Source: a virus (taxonomy: Duplodnaviria > Caudoviricetes). Taken from it: a stretch of 41,775 bases of DNA. A model generated the notes under the pieces. That model did no database searches. It worked only from the letters and a program-made list of their open reading frames with translations, and was not told where the DNA came from. This document shows positions 9,802-17,102 of this stretch, one piece after another. The position numbers and the translations under genes are program-made. The first letter of the stretch is position 1. Each line of letters opens with the position of its first letter. The stretch spans positions 1-41,775 of IMG/VR virus record IMGVR_UViG_3300038393_000403. One strand, given 5' to 3'.

Positions 9802-10644
9802 TTGAATATCCCGTGGCGGCTTAAAAGTTCAGCTTTTTCGATCATCGACATTGTTGGCGAGGAACCCCTGTATTTCGCACAGAAATACATCACGCGGCGG
9901 GCGGCGTCGCGTGGCCTGACCATCAGCCCGAATTGGTTGTTCCATCAGCATGTCATCCGCGATAGTGGCGCGAAACGGGTTCTGGAGTTCGGGGCAGGGA
10001 AGGATCTGGTGCAAAACCTTTTCCTGTCCCAAGAAGGCATCGATCAGGTCGCCGTTGATCTTTTCGACATGCTTGATATCGACCTTGTAAATAAAGCCAT
10101 CGGCAATCTGGATGCCAAAGGCATTCCGATGAAGGGTCCGGTTTCAGATCGCGCCGACCTGAAATCGAAATATCGGATCGAGTTCATTGCACCGCTCGAT
10201 ATGTGCTCAACACAGTTCCGTGGCGCGTCGTTCGATCTCTGCATTTCAACAAACACCCTAGAGCACATTCCGCGCGAGGTTATTCAGAAAATCTGGCGGG
10301 AGTGCTCGCGAATCCTAAAGCCGGACGGCTTGGTGTCGGCAAAAATCGATTACAGCGACCACTACTGGCATACGGATAAGTCAATTGGCGAACTTAATTA
10401 CCTGAAGTTCTCCGAAAAAGAGTGGTCCCGTTTTAATCACCGGAATCACTATCAGAACCGGCTAAGGCACAAGCACCACCTTGACCTATTGCGGGAGGCG
10501 GGTTTCGTAATCGTGTCAGACCGCGTAGAGGATGCTGTGAAGGTTAATCACGAGGTCAACGCTGAGAACCTGACAGGCGATGCCACGGATTACGCTTTGA
10601 CGGGCTTTGTCGTGGCCCGCAACGCCGGGGCGCCCTCTGACTGA
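9802..10644 (+). CDS. Class I SAM-dependent methyltransferase (moron)
   Basis: Motif I 'VLEFGAG', 'FDLCISTNTLEHI', 'RILKPDG'; TTG start at 9802 preceded by GGAGG (9792-9796); more AT-rich than the structural genes. Confidence 0.85.
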   Translation: MNIPWRLKSSAFSIIDIVGEEPLYFAQKYITRRAASRGLTISPNWLFHQHVIRDSGAKRVLEFGAGKDLVQNLFLSQEGIDQVAVDLFDMLDIDLVNKAIGNLDAKGIPMKGPVSDRADLKSKYRIEFIAPLDMCSTQFRGASFDLCISTNTLEHIPREVIQKIWRECSRILKPDGLVSAKIDYSDHYWHTDKSIGELNYLKFSEKEWSRFNHRNHYQNRLRHKHHLDLLREAGFVIVSDRVEDAVKVNHEVNAENLTGDATDYALTGFVVARNAGAPSD

Positions 10645-10648
10645 TTGT

Positions 10649-10882
10649 TTATTTTGGGTAGGGCTGCCCACCGGTGTCACGATTAAAAACCAAATCGGCG
10701 CTGGCATCGCGAGGGCGTTCTGACTGCTGTTGCGCGGCGGCATGAACGACTCTCCGATCCGGCCCGAATGGTCCAAGTATCCAAACGAGGCTCATCAGTA
10801 TCGTCATAGCCGGGCCGAGTACCGCGATGATCGCTCCGATAATTTTGGAAATTTCTATTAAGACTCGTTTGTTCTCGCTCAC
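10649..10882 (-). CDS. Small single-pass membrane protein
   Basis: Long hydrophobic stretch 'IIGAIIAVLGPAMTILMSLVWILGPF'; GGGGG upstream of GTG; convergent with the methyltransferase. Confidence 0.55.
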   Translation of the reverse strand: MSENKRVLIEISKIIGAIIAVLGPAMTILMSLVWILGPFGPDRRVVHAAAQQQSERPRDASADLVFNRDTGGQPYPK

Positions 10883-10977
10883 TGTTACCCCCCGTTGCCG
10901 CTAAAGCTAGCATATAGCCCGCCGCCATTCGTCACAACCCAAGCCCACCAACCTCCAATTTCAGAGGACGAGAACCT

Positions 10978-11781
10978 ATGGCCGATGGCGTCCGCCTATC
11001 GCAGGCAACGATGCGCGCTGTTTTCCCGAACGCGCCGGATACGATCATTTCGGCGTTTGTCGAGAAGCAGGGCGTCTTGTCTGCGGTCGAGCTCAACCAG
11101 ACCCGGCAGCGGCTGGCCTATTGCTTCGCCAATCTGCACGCCGAGACGAGCGGGTTCACGATCAAGAACCTGACGGAGAACATCAACTATACGGCCCAGC
11201 GCATGGCCGAGGTGTGGCCGGGGCGGTTCAAGGATGCTGCTGCTGTCCGAGCCAGATACGGCGCCGATGAGGATTGGCGGAAGATGGCCTTCGACGACAT
11301 CTACGGCAACCGGATGGGCAATCGGCCCGGCACGTCGGACGGCTCTCGCTTCATCGGACGTGGCGGGCCGCAGATCACCGGCAGGGACGGCTATGCGGAG
11401 ATTGGCAAGCGAATTGGCGTGGACCTTGTTTCTGCTCCTGATCTTGCTTGCAATCATGCGCTACAGCCGGACATCGCGGCGGCGTTCTGGTCGTGGAAAG
11501 ACATGAACAAATTTGCCGACGCCGGCAACTTCATCGGCTGCGTCAAGGCGTGGAACGGCGGGACGAACGGACTTGCTGAACGGCAGGCGCAGTTGGCGCG
11601 AATCCAGAGGGCGCTACAGGGCGCGGAGTGGGGCGCGGTGGCCGATGCTCCGACCAAGCCCAAAGATTCACCAGCGGCCACGGCTGGCCCGCCTAGCCCT
11701 AGGCCAGCACAAACCAACAACCAGCCGTCCGCCTGGGCGGCTTTTTTCATGGCCGTGCTCGGCCTGTTCAAGAGGAAATGA
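10978..11781 (+). CDS. Endolysin, glycoside hydrolase family 19
   Basis: 'FANLHAETSGF...ENINY...YGNRMGN...DG.RFIGRG..QITGRDGY...WNGGTNGLAER' GH19 motifs; GAGGA RBS; Pro-rich linker and hydrophobic/basic C-terminus. Confidence 0.9.
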   Translation: MADGVRLSQATMRAVFPNAPDTIISAFVEKQGVLSAVELNQTRQRLAYCFANLHAETSGFTIKNLTENINYTAQRMAEVWPGRFKDAAAVRARYGADEDWRKMAFDDIYGNRMGNRPGTSDGSRFIGRGGPQITGRDGYAEIGKRIGVDLVSAPDLACNHALQPDIAAAFWSWKDMNKFADAGNFIGCVKAWNGGTNGLAERQAQLARIQRALQGAEWGAVADAPTKPKDSPAATAGPPSPRPAQTNNQPSAWAAFFMAVLGLFKRK

Positions 11782-11981
11782 CCATGGGGCCTTTTATCAG
11801 AATCGGGCTGCGGTATCTCGGCGGCTATCTGGCGGCGCGAGGATTCCTCGCCCAAACCGATACCGGGATCTTCGACGATCCTGATCTGGTTGCCGCCATC
11901 AGTTACGGCGGGGCCGCGCTGTGCGCTCTGGCGAGCGAGGGCTATTACTGGATGGCGCGCAAGTTCGGGTGGGCGAAGTGA
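11778..11981 (+). CDS. Putative holin (two TM segments)
   Basis: ATGA-coupled to the endolysin; 67 aa, two hydrophobic segments, basic C-terminus 'ARKFGWAK'. Confidence 0.7.
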   Translation: MTMGPFIRIGLRYLGGYLAARGFLAQTDTGIFDDPDLVAAISYGGAALCALASEGYYWMARKFGWAK

Positions 11982-12388
11982 CGGCCATCCTCTCTTGGCT
12001 GGCCTCGCTGATCACCGGGCCGCTACTCAACAAGGCGCTGGACGGCTGGAAAGCCAAACTGGCGGCCGACAATGACGCCGACAAGATCGCGGCCGATCTG
12101 GCAGCCCGAGAATTGGCCGTACAGCAACGCGAGATTGAGGTGCAGTCTCAATACCGGATTGCCTCGCTAGGCCACTGGTGGGAGCCCGACAAGATCATGG
12201 GCTACACCGTGGCGGTCTACTTCGCCAAGCTCCTGATCTGGGACAAGGTGCTCGGCTTTGGCGTCACTGACGGCCTGACCACCAAGACCGGCGAGCTGTC
12301 GTGGGCTGGCATCACGGCCACCACCATTGTTGCGTTCTATTTCGGCAAGCGCACGTTCGAGAACGTCGCAAAAATCATCAAACGATAA
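11978..12388 (+). CDS. Putative holin-like membrane protein (3TM-holin type)
   Basis: GTGA-coupled start at 11978; N-terminal amphipathic helix, coiled segment, two TM segments ending 'IVAFYFGKRTFE'. Confidence 0.65.
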   Translation: MTAILSWLASLITGPLLNKALDGWKAKLAADNDADKIAADLAARELAVQQREIEVQSQYRIASLGHWWEPDKIMGYTVAVYFAKLLIWDKVLGFGVTDGLTTKTGELSWAGITATTIVAFYFGKRTFENVAKIIKR

Positions 12389-12402
12389 GGGGCGACGGGG
12401 CG

Positions 12403-12696
12403 ATGCAAGACAGCGACGTGAGACTGATCGTCAGCGAAGTTCTGGCGGAACAAAAACGCCTCCACAATGAACAGGTTGACGAAGTGGTCCTTCGCACTAT
12501 CGCTACGATCCTGACCTCGTTCGGGATCGAGGAGGAAGATCGCGTCGAGCTTCGCGCCGACTTCATCCACCTTCGCAAGTGGCGCAAATCCGTTGAGCAA
12601 GCCCAAGGCTACGGCTTCAAGGTGATCGTGACGGCGATTGTTGGCGGATTCGTCGGCGCTGTCTGGTTGGGCTTCAAGGCGATGATTGGGCGGTGA
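12403..12696 (+). CDS. Lysis-cassette membrane protein (C-terminal TM)
   Basis: GGGG RBS before ATG 12403; C-terminal hydrophobic helix 'VIVTAIVGGFVGAVWLGF'. Confidence 0.6.
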   Translation: MQDSDVRLIVSEVLAEQKRLHNEQVDEVVLRTIATILTSFGIEEEDRVELRADFIHLRKWRKSVEQAQGYGFKVIVTAIVGGFVGAVWLGFKAMIGR

Positions 12697-12744
12697 CCCG
12701 CTCAGTTTCCAACGCAATAGCTTTTAGGTGGCCGTGATGGCGGC

Positions 12745-12769
12745 AAAGAAAAACCCCGCCGGAGCGGGG
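12745..12769 (-). terminator. Rho-independent terminator for the leftward hicBA-like pair
   Basis: A-rich tract then CCCCGC-cgga-GCGGGG on the + strand, directly after the stop of 12772-12978. Confidence 0.7.
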
Positions 12770-12771
12770 GG

Positions 12772-12978
12772 TTAATTTGGAAGCCTCTTGAAAAATGCTT
12801 CGTAGTGTTCGATCGCGGCGGCGCGCTTCTCGAAGGTGCCGAGAAACTCGGGTTTCGTGACCCGAACCGGGTCACCTTCGATTGTCCTGCAAAGGACCGC
12901 CTCGCCGTCTCCGAGATCCTTTTCTTTTATGAGGGGAATAGCGCGAATGCGCGCCCAATATTCCTCCTCAGAACACAC
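12772..12978 (-). CDS. Small protein with possible HicA-like alpha-beta-beta-beta-alpha layout
   Basis: 68 aa, directly coupled (TAA-GTG) downstream of a HicB-like gene; canonical GSH motif absent. Confidence 0.45.
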   Translation of the reverse strand: MCSEEEYWARIRAIPLIKEKDLGDGEAVLCRTIEGDPVRVTKPEFLGTFEKRAAAIEHYEAFFKRLPN

Positions 12979-13236
12979 TTACGCGGCTTCCTTTTCGAGA
13001 CGCCCGGTGGCGACATAAGTAGGCGGCCAAAATCCCTCGGGGGATTCCTGGCGCACCGAGACATCGGATATCGGTTCGCCGATGGCCTTCATGAAGTGCT
13101 CGAAGGCCGGGCCGAGCTTGGCGAACATCTCTTCCTCGGTGTGAGCGTGGACCATAAAACCCTTCAAATCCTCGCTCATTGCAGCGAGCAGGCCGGTTTT
13201 TTTGTGCTGCATAACGTGAATTTTGATTTCGGGCAT
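12979..13236 (-). CDS. HicB-like antitoxin-fold protein
   Basis: 'GLLAAMSEDLKGFMVHAHTEEEMFAKL..AFEHFM...GEP' follows the HicB N-terminal pattern; no DNA-binding C-domain. Confidence 0.65.
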   Translation of the reverse strand: MPEIKIHVMQHKKTGLLAAMSEDLKGFMVHAHTEEEMFAKLGPAFEHFMKAIGEPISDVSVRQESPEGFWPPTYVATGRLEKEAA

Positions 13237-13317
13237 GATGATTCGTTTTCTGTCAACTGTCTGATTCTCGTGTCAAGAGCATATTGTGCGGAAAACCCAA
13301 AAATCAAGTTAACCTTT

Positions 13318-13332
13318 GTTCCGTGTGTGTTC
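13318..13332. promoter_or_regulatory. Alphaproteobacterial LexA (SOS) box
   Basis: GTTC-cgtgtgt-GTTC, an exact GTTC-N7-GTTC match, in an intergenic region. Confidence 0.7.
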
Positions 13333-13359
13333 CTTCGGCGGGCCAACATCTGAGGTTCC

Positions 13360-13518
13360 ATGATCCTCAGCCTCGTGCCGGCGGCGCTTGCGCTTGCCCA
13401 ACCCCTCGGGGCCATCCTCGCCCTATGGGGCGCGTGGCTTATGCTGATCGGCGCTAGGGGCTGGTGGACGTTGGGGCTGCTGGTGGTGGGCGGGGCTTGC
13501 CTGCTCATCGGCGGGTAG
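13360..13518 (+). CDS. 52-aa very hydrophobic membrane peptide (not in the ORF track)
   Basis: Manual translation MILSLVPAALALAQPLGAILALWGAWLMLIGARGWWTLGLLVVGGACLLIGG*; GAGGT just upstream; starts 27 bp after the LexA box. Confidence 0.55.
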   Translation: MILSLVPAALALAQPLGAILALWGAWLMLIGARGWWTLGLLVVGGACLLIGG

Positions 13519-13620
13519 GCGGCCTATCCCTTGACCAATGCGAGATGTTCAGAAATCGCAGGCCGGTCGCAACTGCAACGTAGCCTAGGCGGGGCTTGTT
13601 GGTGACGTGGGGCCAGTGGG

Positions 13621-13926
13621 TCATCGTTTTTCGAGGATGATGGGCGGCAATGGGCGTAACATTGCCTCCGTTCGCTTAACATCCATTATGGCCAATTCCT
13701 GATCTGTCCATCCTTTTTGATTGCGAGGGGGCAGTCCAGCCTTCTCGCGATCATCCTTTGTGATGACGTCAATACCCGCGTTATGCAGCGCGTCTATCAA
13801 ATCACGCGTGGCGTATTTGTGGTCATCGCGCTGGATATACTTCCCGACAGCCGACATGATTAAGGCTGCCACAGCGTCAACCTGATATCGCTGGCGGTCT
13901 GGTGCATATTCTTCAATGCCTAGCAT
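13621..13926 (-). CDS. Hypothetical protein
   Basis: GGAGAG RBS upstream; last gene of the leftward cluster beyond attP. Confidence 0.65.
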   Translation of the reverse strand: MLGIEEYAPDRQRYQVDAVAALIMSAVGKYIQRDDHKYATRDLIDALHNAGIDVITKDDREKAGLPPRNQKGWTDQELAIMDVKRTEAMLRPLPPIILEKR

Positions 13927-13980
13927 TTTGACTCTCCATCTCTCTCCATCCTAGCCCGGATCGTGGCCGGGTGCATTTTC

Positions 13981-14184
13981 TCAATTCCGCGCCCCGATCT
14001 CTCCGAAATACTCTGACGTCTCACGGACCTGACCGTCCGCTGGCGTTATCGTAGGGCTCCCGCACTTCGGGCATGGCCATGGGTCGCAGGCGAGATGCCC
14101 TGCCGGAACTACGACGTCGCCAACCGGGAATTTTGCATTACAGGTCAGACAAGCCCACTGCTGTTTTAGTGCGTCGGCCATCAC
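13981..14184 (-). CDS. Small zinc-ribbon protein
   Basis: CLTC...CPKC motifs; coupled to the upstream gene with a GGAGGGG RBS. Confidence 0.65.
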   Translation of the reverse strand: MMADALKQQWACLTCNAKFPVGDVVVPAGHLACDPWPCPKCGSPTITPADGQVRETSEYFGEIGARN

Positions 14185-14390
14185 TCCCCCTCCTTGGAGG
14201 GCGGCGGCATCCAGTGGGTCGGGTAGAATACGTTAAAACTGGCAGCGTCAACCCAGCCTTCGGTATATCCTCCCGCCTCGTAAAATCCGTCTAGCTCGAC
14301 AATGCCATCGGTGTTAGGCCAGCGGCCTTTTAAGCGGACTGCCGTCCCATCCCTCGGCGCCGTCCCGATATCCTGCCAGGTGGTGGTCAT
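14181..14390 (-). CDS. DUF551-like phage protein
   Basis: 'WQDIGTAPRDGT...PTHWMPPP' signature; ATGA-coupled start at 14390. Confidence 0.7.
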   Translation of the reverse strand: MTTTWQDIGTAPRDGTAVRLKGRWPNTDGIVELDGFYEAGGYTEGWVDAASFNVFYPTHWMPPPSKEGE

Positions 14391-14557
14391 GCGTACCATT
14401 TGTCCACCTTTTCCCATTCAGCGACGACGTCGGCATAGCCGAGTTCGGTCAGCAACCGACACAACACTTCGTCGGCGCCGGCGTGAGCAATCTCCGTGTC
14501 ACCGGATTCTTGCAACTCGCGAAGTTCCGAAAGTGCGGATAGGCGAAGCTCGCTCAT
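14387..14557 (-). CDS. 56-aa phage protein (not in the ORF track)
   Basis: Manual translation MSELRLSALSELRELQESGDTEIAHAGADEVLCRLLTELGYADVVAEWEKVDKWYA*; strong AGGAGG RBS; stop overlaps the next start. Confidence 0.75.
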   Translation of the reverse strand: MSELRLSALSELRELQESGDTEIAHAGADEVLCRLLTELGYADVVAEWEKVDKWYA

Positions 14558-14595
14558 CTCCACCCCTCCTGTGAACGAGGGGAAACGGCCCCAAA

Positions 14596-14807
14596 AATGT
14601 TTTGCAAATCACGTTTTGTCCCGCCGGTTTCGGCCGTCAGAATGAGGAGTGATTGCATCGATATTGTTGGAAAATCAGCGCCGTCTAGCGATTTTAAGTC
14701 CGTTGCGTCTACCAATTTCGCCACGCCCGCCTCCGTTGTTTTCTCTAGATAATTTGCCGTTTGGTCAATCAATGTTTTGCAGCTAGTCCGTTGTGTTTTG
14801 CAAAACA
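14596..14807. repeat. Putative integrase arm-type sites flanking the att core
   Basis: AATGTTTTGCA at 14596-14606 and 14771-14781; palindrome TGTTTTGCAAAACA at 14794-14807. Confidence 0.65.
14690..14730 (-). other. attP core: 5' half of a tRNA-Leu(UAA) gene
   Basis: Minus strand reads GCGGGCGTGGCGAAATTGGTAGACGCAACGGACTTAAAATC (acceptor 5' strand, D-arm, anticodon loop CTTAAAA), then diverges; no T-arm or 3' acceptor strand; 80 bp downstream of the integrase. Confidence 0.88.
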
Positions 14808-14810
14808 GGT

Positions 14811-15890
14811 TCATGATCCATCCTTCTTACGCTTTCCAGAGAACGCGCGGATCACCTTGTTCTCTGCTTCCACGTGTCTTGTGTAATGCGTCCCCATGCG
14901 GTCGGAACGGTCGCCCAGCGCGGCGGCAATATCGCCGTCAGACGCCCCGCCAGTGCGCTTGAGGTCGGCCGCATAGGTGACGCGCAGCCCGTGGAGCGTT
15001 GTGCCGGCTCCGATCTTGCCGGATTCCTCCAAGGCTCGCAGGAAGTGGCTCACCGTCCATTGCATCTGCTTCTCGCTGTCCCACGGCTGGCCGCTGTTTC
15101 GGGTCGCGATCTTGAGCGCGGTGCGATCCAACCCATCAAGATAGGCTTGCAATTCTGGCGCGGCCGGGATCCACGACGCTTCGTCGTTCTTCTTCGCGAT
15201 GTGCCGGAAGCATTTCCCGAAACGGGGGTCGGCCTGATACGCTTTCCACGGCAGTGCCGCGATGGTCTGACCTCGGAATCCGGCATAGCGCGCCAGCATC
15301 AATGGCGTCTTGATCTCGGGCGGCGCGGCTGCAAGTGCGGCCGCAACCTCGTCCGTCGTCCATTCACGGTTGGCGTTCGGATCGGCCTTGGAGGCTTTCT
15401 CGATACCCTTGGCCGGGTTCATCGCCATCTTGTGGCGCTTCACCGCTTGCGTGAACATGGAGGAGAGGGCGGCAATAAGCTGGTCGGCAAAACGCGGCCA
15501 CTTCGCTTTGGCGGCCTTTTCCTGCACGTCGTAGAGCGACGGCTGGGTAATTGATTCCAGTGGCGCGCCCCATTCAGGCTGTAAATACTGGTATGCCGCG
15601 CGGTAGTCGCGCTTCGTCGCCTCCGACAAATTCGCAAACCGGCGGCAATCATTCTCGAACCACTGGATCAGCGCGCCTAACGTGCCATCAGGATAGGTCC
15701 GCTTCAGGTCGCGGACGCGCAGCGCATGGTAAAGATCGCGCATGTCGTCCTGTTCGAGGCGGCGCATCAGGTCCGCGCGCGATCCCTCAAACCCGGCCAA
15801 TAGGCGCTTCTTCGTCCCGCGAATGTAGACGTAGAACTTCCCTCGCGACCTGACGATGTTAAGGCCGTCCATCCGCACCTTTACCACCAT
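14811..15890 (-). CDS. int: Tyrosine recombinase (phage integrase)
   Basis: Catalytic R in 'YAGFR', 'HGLR', Tyr in 'MGTHY'; adjacent to the att core and an excisionase-like gene. Confidence 0.92.
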   Translation of the reverse strand: MVVKVRMDGLNIVRSRGKFYVYIRGTKKRLLAGFEGSRADLMRRLEQDDMRDLYHALRVRDLKRTYPDGTLGALIQWFENDCRRFANLSEATKRDYRAAYQYLQPEWGAPLESITQPSLYDVQEKAAKAKWPRFADQLIAALSSMFTQAVKRHKMAMNPAKGIEKASKADPNANREWTTDEVAAALAAAPPEIKTPLMLARYAGFRGQTIAALPWKAYQADPRFGKCFRHIAKKNDEASWIPAAPELQAYLDGLDRTALKIATRNSGQPWDSEKQMQWTVSHFLRALEESGKIGAGTTLHGLRVTYAADLKRTGGASDGDIAAALGDRSDRMGTHYTRHVEAENKVIRAFSGKRKKDGS

Positions 15891-16125
15891 GAAGCTTTTC
15901 CCCGAATTTGTAGTTGCTCGGGGACGTTGCGCCGTTCGGGTCCAAAGATGCCAGCCAATTATCGAGACTGGCGCGGAGGTATCGGTTCCCGCGTGTGGAT
16001 TCCGTGAACTGGATCGGCTTAACCGGGCATTTCTTCTTGAATGTATCGACGCATAGGCCAGAGTATTCGGCCGCCTGATCCAGACGGAGCGCAGCCGGCC
16101 AGGTTGTAGCCGCTACCCTGCTCAT
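15859..16125 (-). CDS. Excisionase-like winged-helix protein
   Basis: 'PAALRLDQAAEYSGLCVDTF...RYLRASLDNWL' pattern; overlaps the integrase start. Confidence 0.75.
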   Translation of the reverse strand: MSRVAATTWPAALRLDQAAEYSGLCVDTFKKKCPVKPIQFTESTRGNRYLRASLDNWLASLDPNGATSPSNYKFGEKLHGGKGADGRP

Positions 16126-16292
16126 GGGCGCTCACCATCGCGGTCGTTGACATGATGCACGAAAGTTTTGATCGTGATGTTGACGGGGCTCCATTCCAGC
16201 CATTTACAGACAGCGGCGAACCCGAACGCGAAGAATATGCCACATGAACCGCACAGGCTGGCAATCTTGAGTATGCCGAGAACTTGATCCAT
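16122..16292 (-). CDS. 56-aa membrane-associated protein (not in the ORF track)
   Basis: Manual translation MDQVLGILKIASLCGSCGIFFAFGFAAVCKWLEWSPVNITIKTFVHHVNDRDGERP*; GGAGG RBS; coupled on both sides. Confidence 0.6.
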   Translation of the reverse strand: MDQVLGILKIASLCGSCGIFFAFGFAAVCKWLEWSPVNITIKTFVHHVNDRDGERP

Positions 16293-16489
16293 CACCGCCT
16301 CCGCTTCCTCGTCTTAGCCAAGGCCTTGCCGGCCCGCAGCTTGCGCGAAGCCGCGCGCGTGACCATCTTCGCCTCGGCTGTCAGTTTCCTGGTGCGCTTG
16401 ATCTCGCCGTCGAGTTCTGCGGCTGTGGCATTACCTAGCCGCTCCATCTGTTCGAACAGGCGATCATTCATTTCGTCTAAGCGTGGCAT
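16292..16489 (-). CDS. Hypothetical basic protein
   Basis: In the tightly coupled leftward early operon; GGAGGG RBS. Confidence 0.65.
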   Translation of the reverse strand: MPRLDEMNDRLFEQMERLGNATAAELDGEIKRTRKLTAEAKMVTRAASRKLRAGKALAKTRKRRR

Positions 16490-16492
16490 GAT

Positions 16493-16888
16493 CTACCCCT
16501 CCGCCCTTGGGGGAGAGGGGAGGGGCGCTGTTAGCGGTTGCCAGTGCGTCACCTCGTAGTCGTCATCCGCGTCTATCTCGTTCCAGCCGGCGTCTTTATC
16601 GAGATGAACGTCTGCACCGTAACCACGCTTGACGCCCCATAGCCAACCTTCACCGGAATCTATGCGCGCCCCGAATGTGATTACAGGCCGACCATTGAAG
16701 CCGCCATTATAGATGATGAGAACGACCTCATCCATCTTCGGCAATTCAGTTTCGACTGGCCGCCACATTGCTGCAAGCGCGGCGGTGAGTGCGGCGCGCA
16801 TAGCTTCGAATGGGTCGGATGAGATGGCGAGGCTGGCGGCGTGGTGCGCATCAAGCGCGGCATCGACCATTGCGTCAGTTACTTGCAT
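16493..16888 (-). CDS. DUF551-like phage protein
   Basis: 'WRPVETELP...VTHWQPL..P' signature. Confidence 0.7.
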   Translation of the reverse strand: MQVTDAMVDAALDAHHAASLAISSDPFEAMRAALTAALAAMWRPVETELPKMDEVVLIIYNGGFNGRPVITFGARIDSGEGWLWGVKRGYGADVHLDKDAGWNEIDADDDYEVTHWQPLTAPLPSPPRAEG

Positions 16889-17102
16889 CGGTGGACTCCG
16901 TGACTAGCACCAGCTTTTCGCGGCGATGGTGCAATTCGATACGGCCGGCTTCGCGCGCGTGATCCCAAATATTCTCAAGTTCCCGTTGAAGCTGCTCTGC
17001 CTTCTTAAGCCAGAAGTCGCGTTCCTTTTCCAAGGAATCCGCGCGCTGTTCTTCACGGATTTCCATTGCTGTCGGGATGGTAGCGTTGACCCAAGTCATC
17101 AC
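16875..17102 (-). CDS. Hypothetical coiled-coil protein
   Basis: Overlap-coupled in the early operon. Confidence 0.6.
   Translation of the reverse strand: MMTWVNATIPTAMEIREEQRADSLEKERDFWLKKAEQLQRELENIWDHAREAGRIELHHRREKLVLVTESTDASN

Noticed and set aside
14690-14730. Functional phage-encoded tRNA-Leu
   Set aside because: Only the 5' half is present; the anticodon stem 3' strand is incomplete and there is no T-arm or acceptor 3' strand
14554-14814. 86-aa ORF from the track
   Set aside because: It is the translation of the attP/tRNA fragment ('AGVAKLVDATDLKS') and arm repeats
14885-14925. Integrase inactivated by LGD in place of LGH
   Set aside because: The second His/Trp position varies among tyrosine recombinases; R, HxxR and Y are intact, and the joined attP is compatible with a working system
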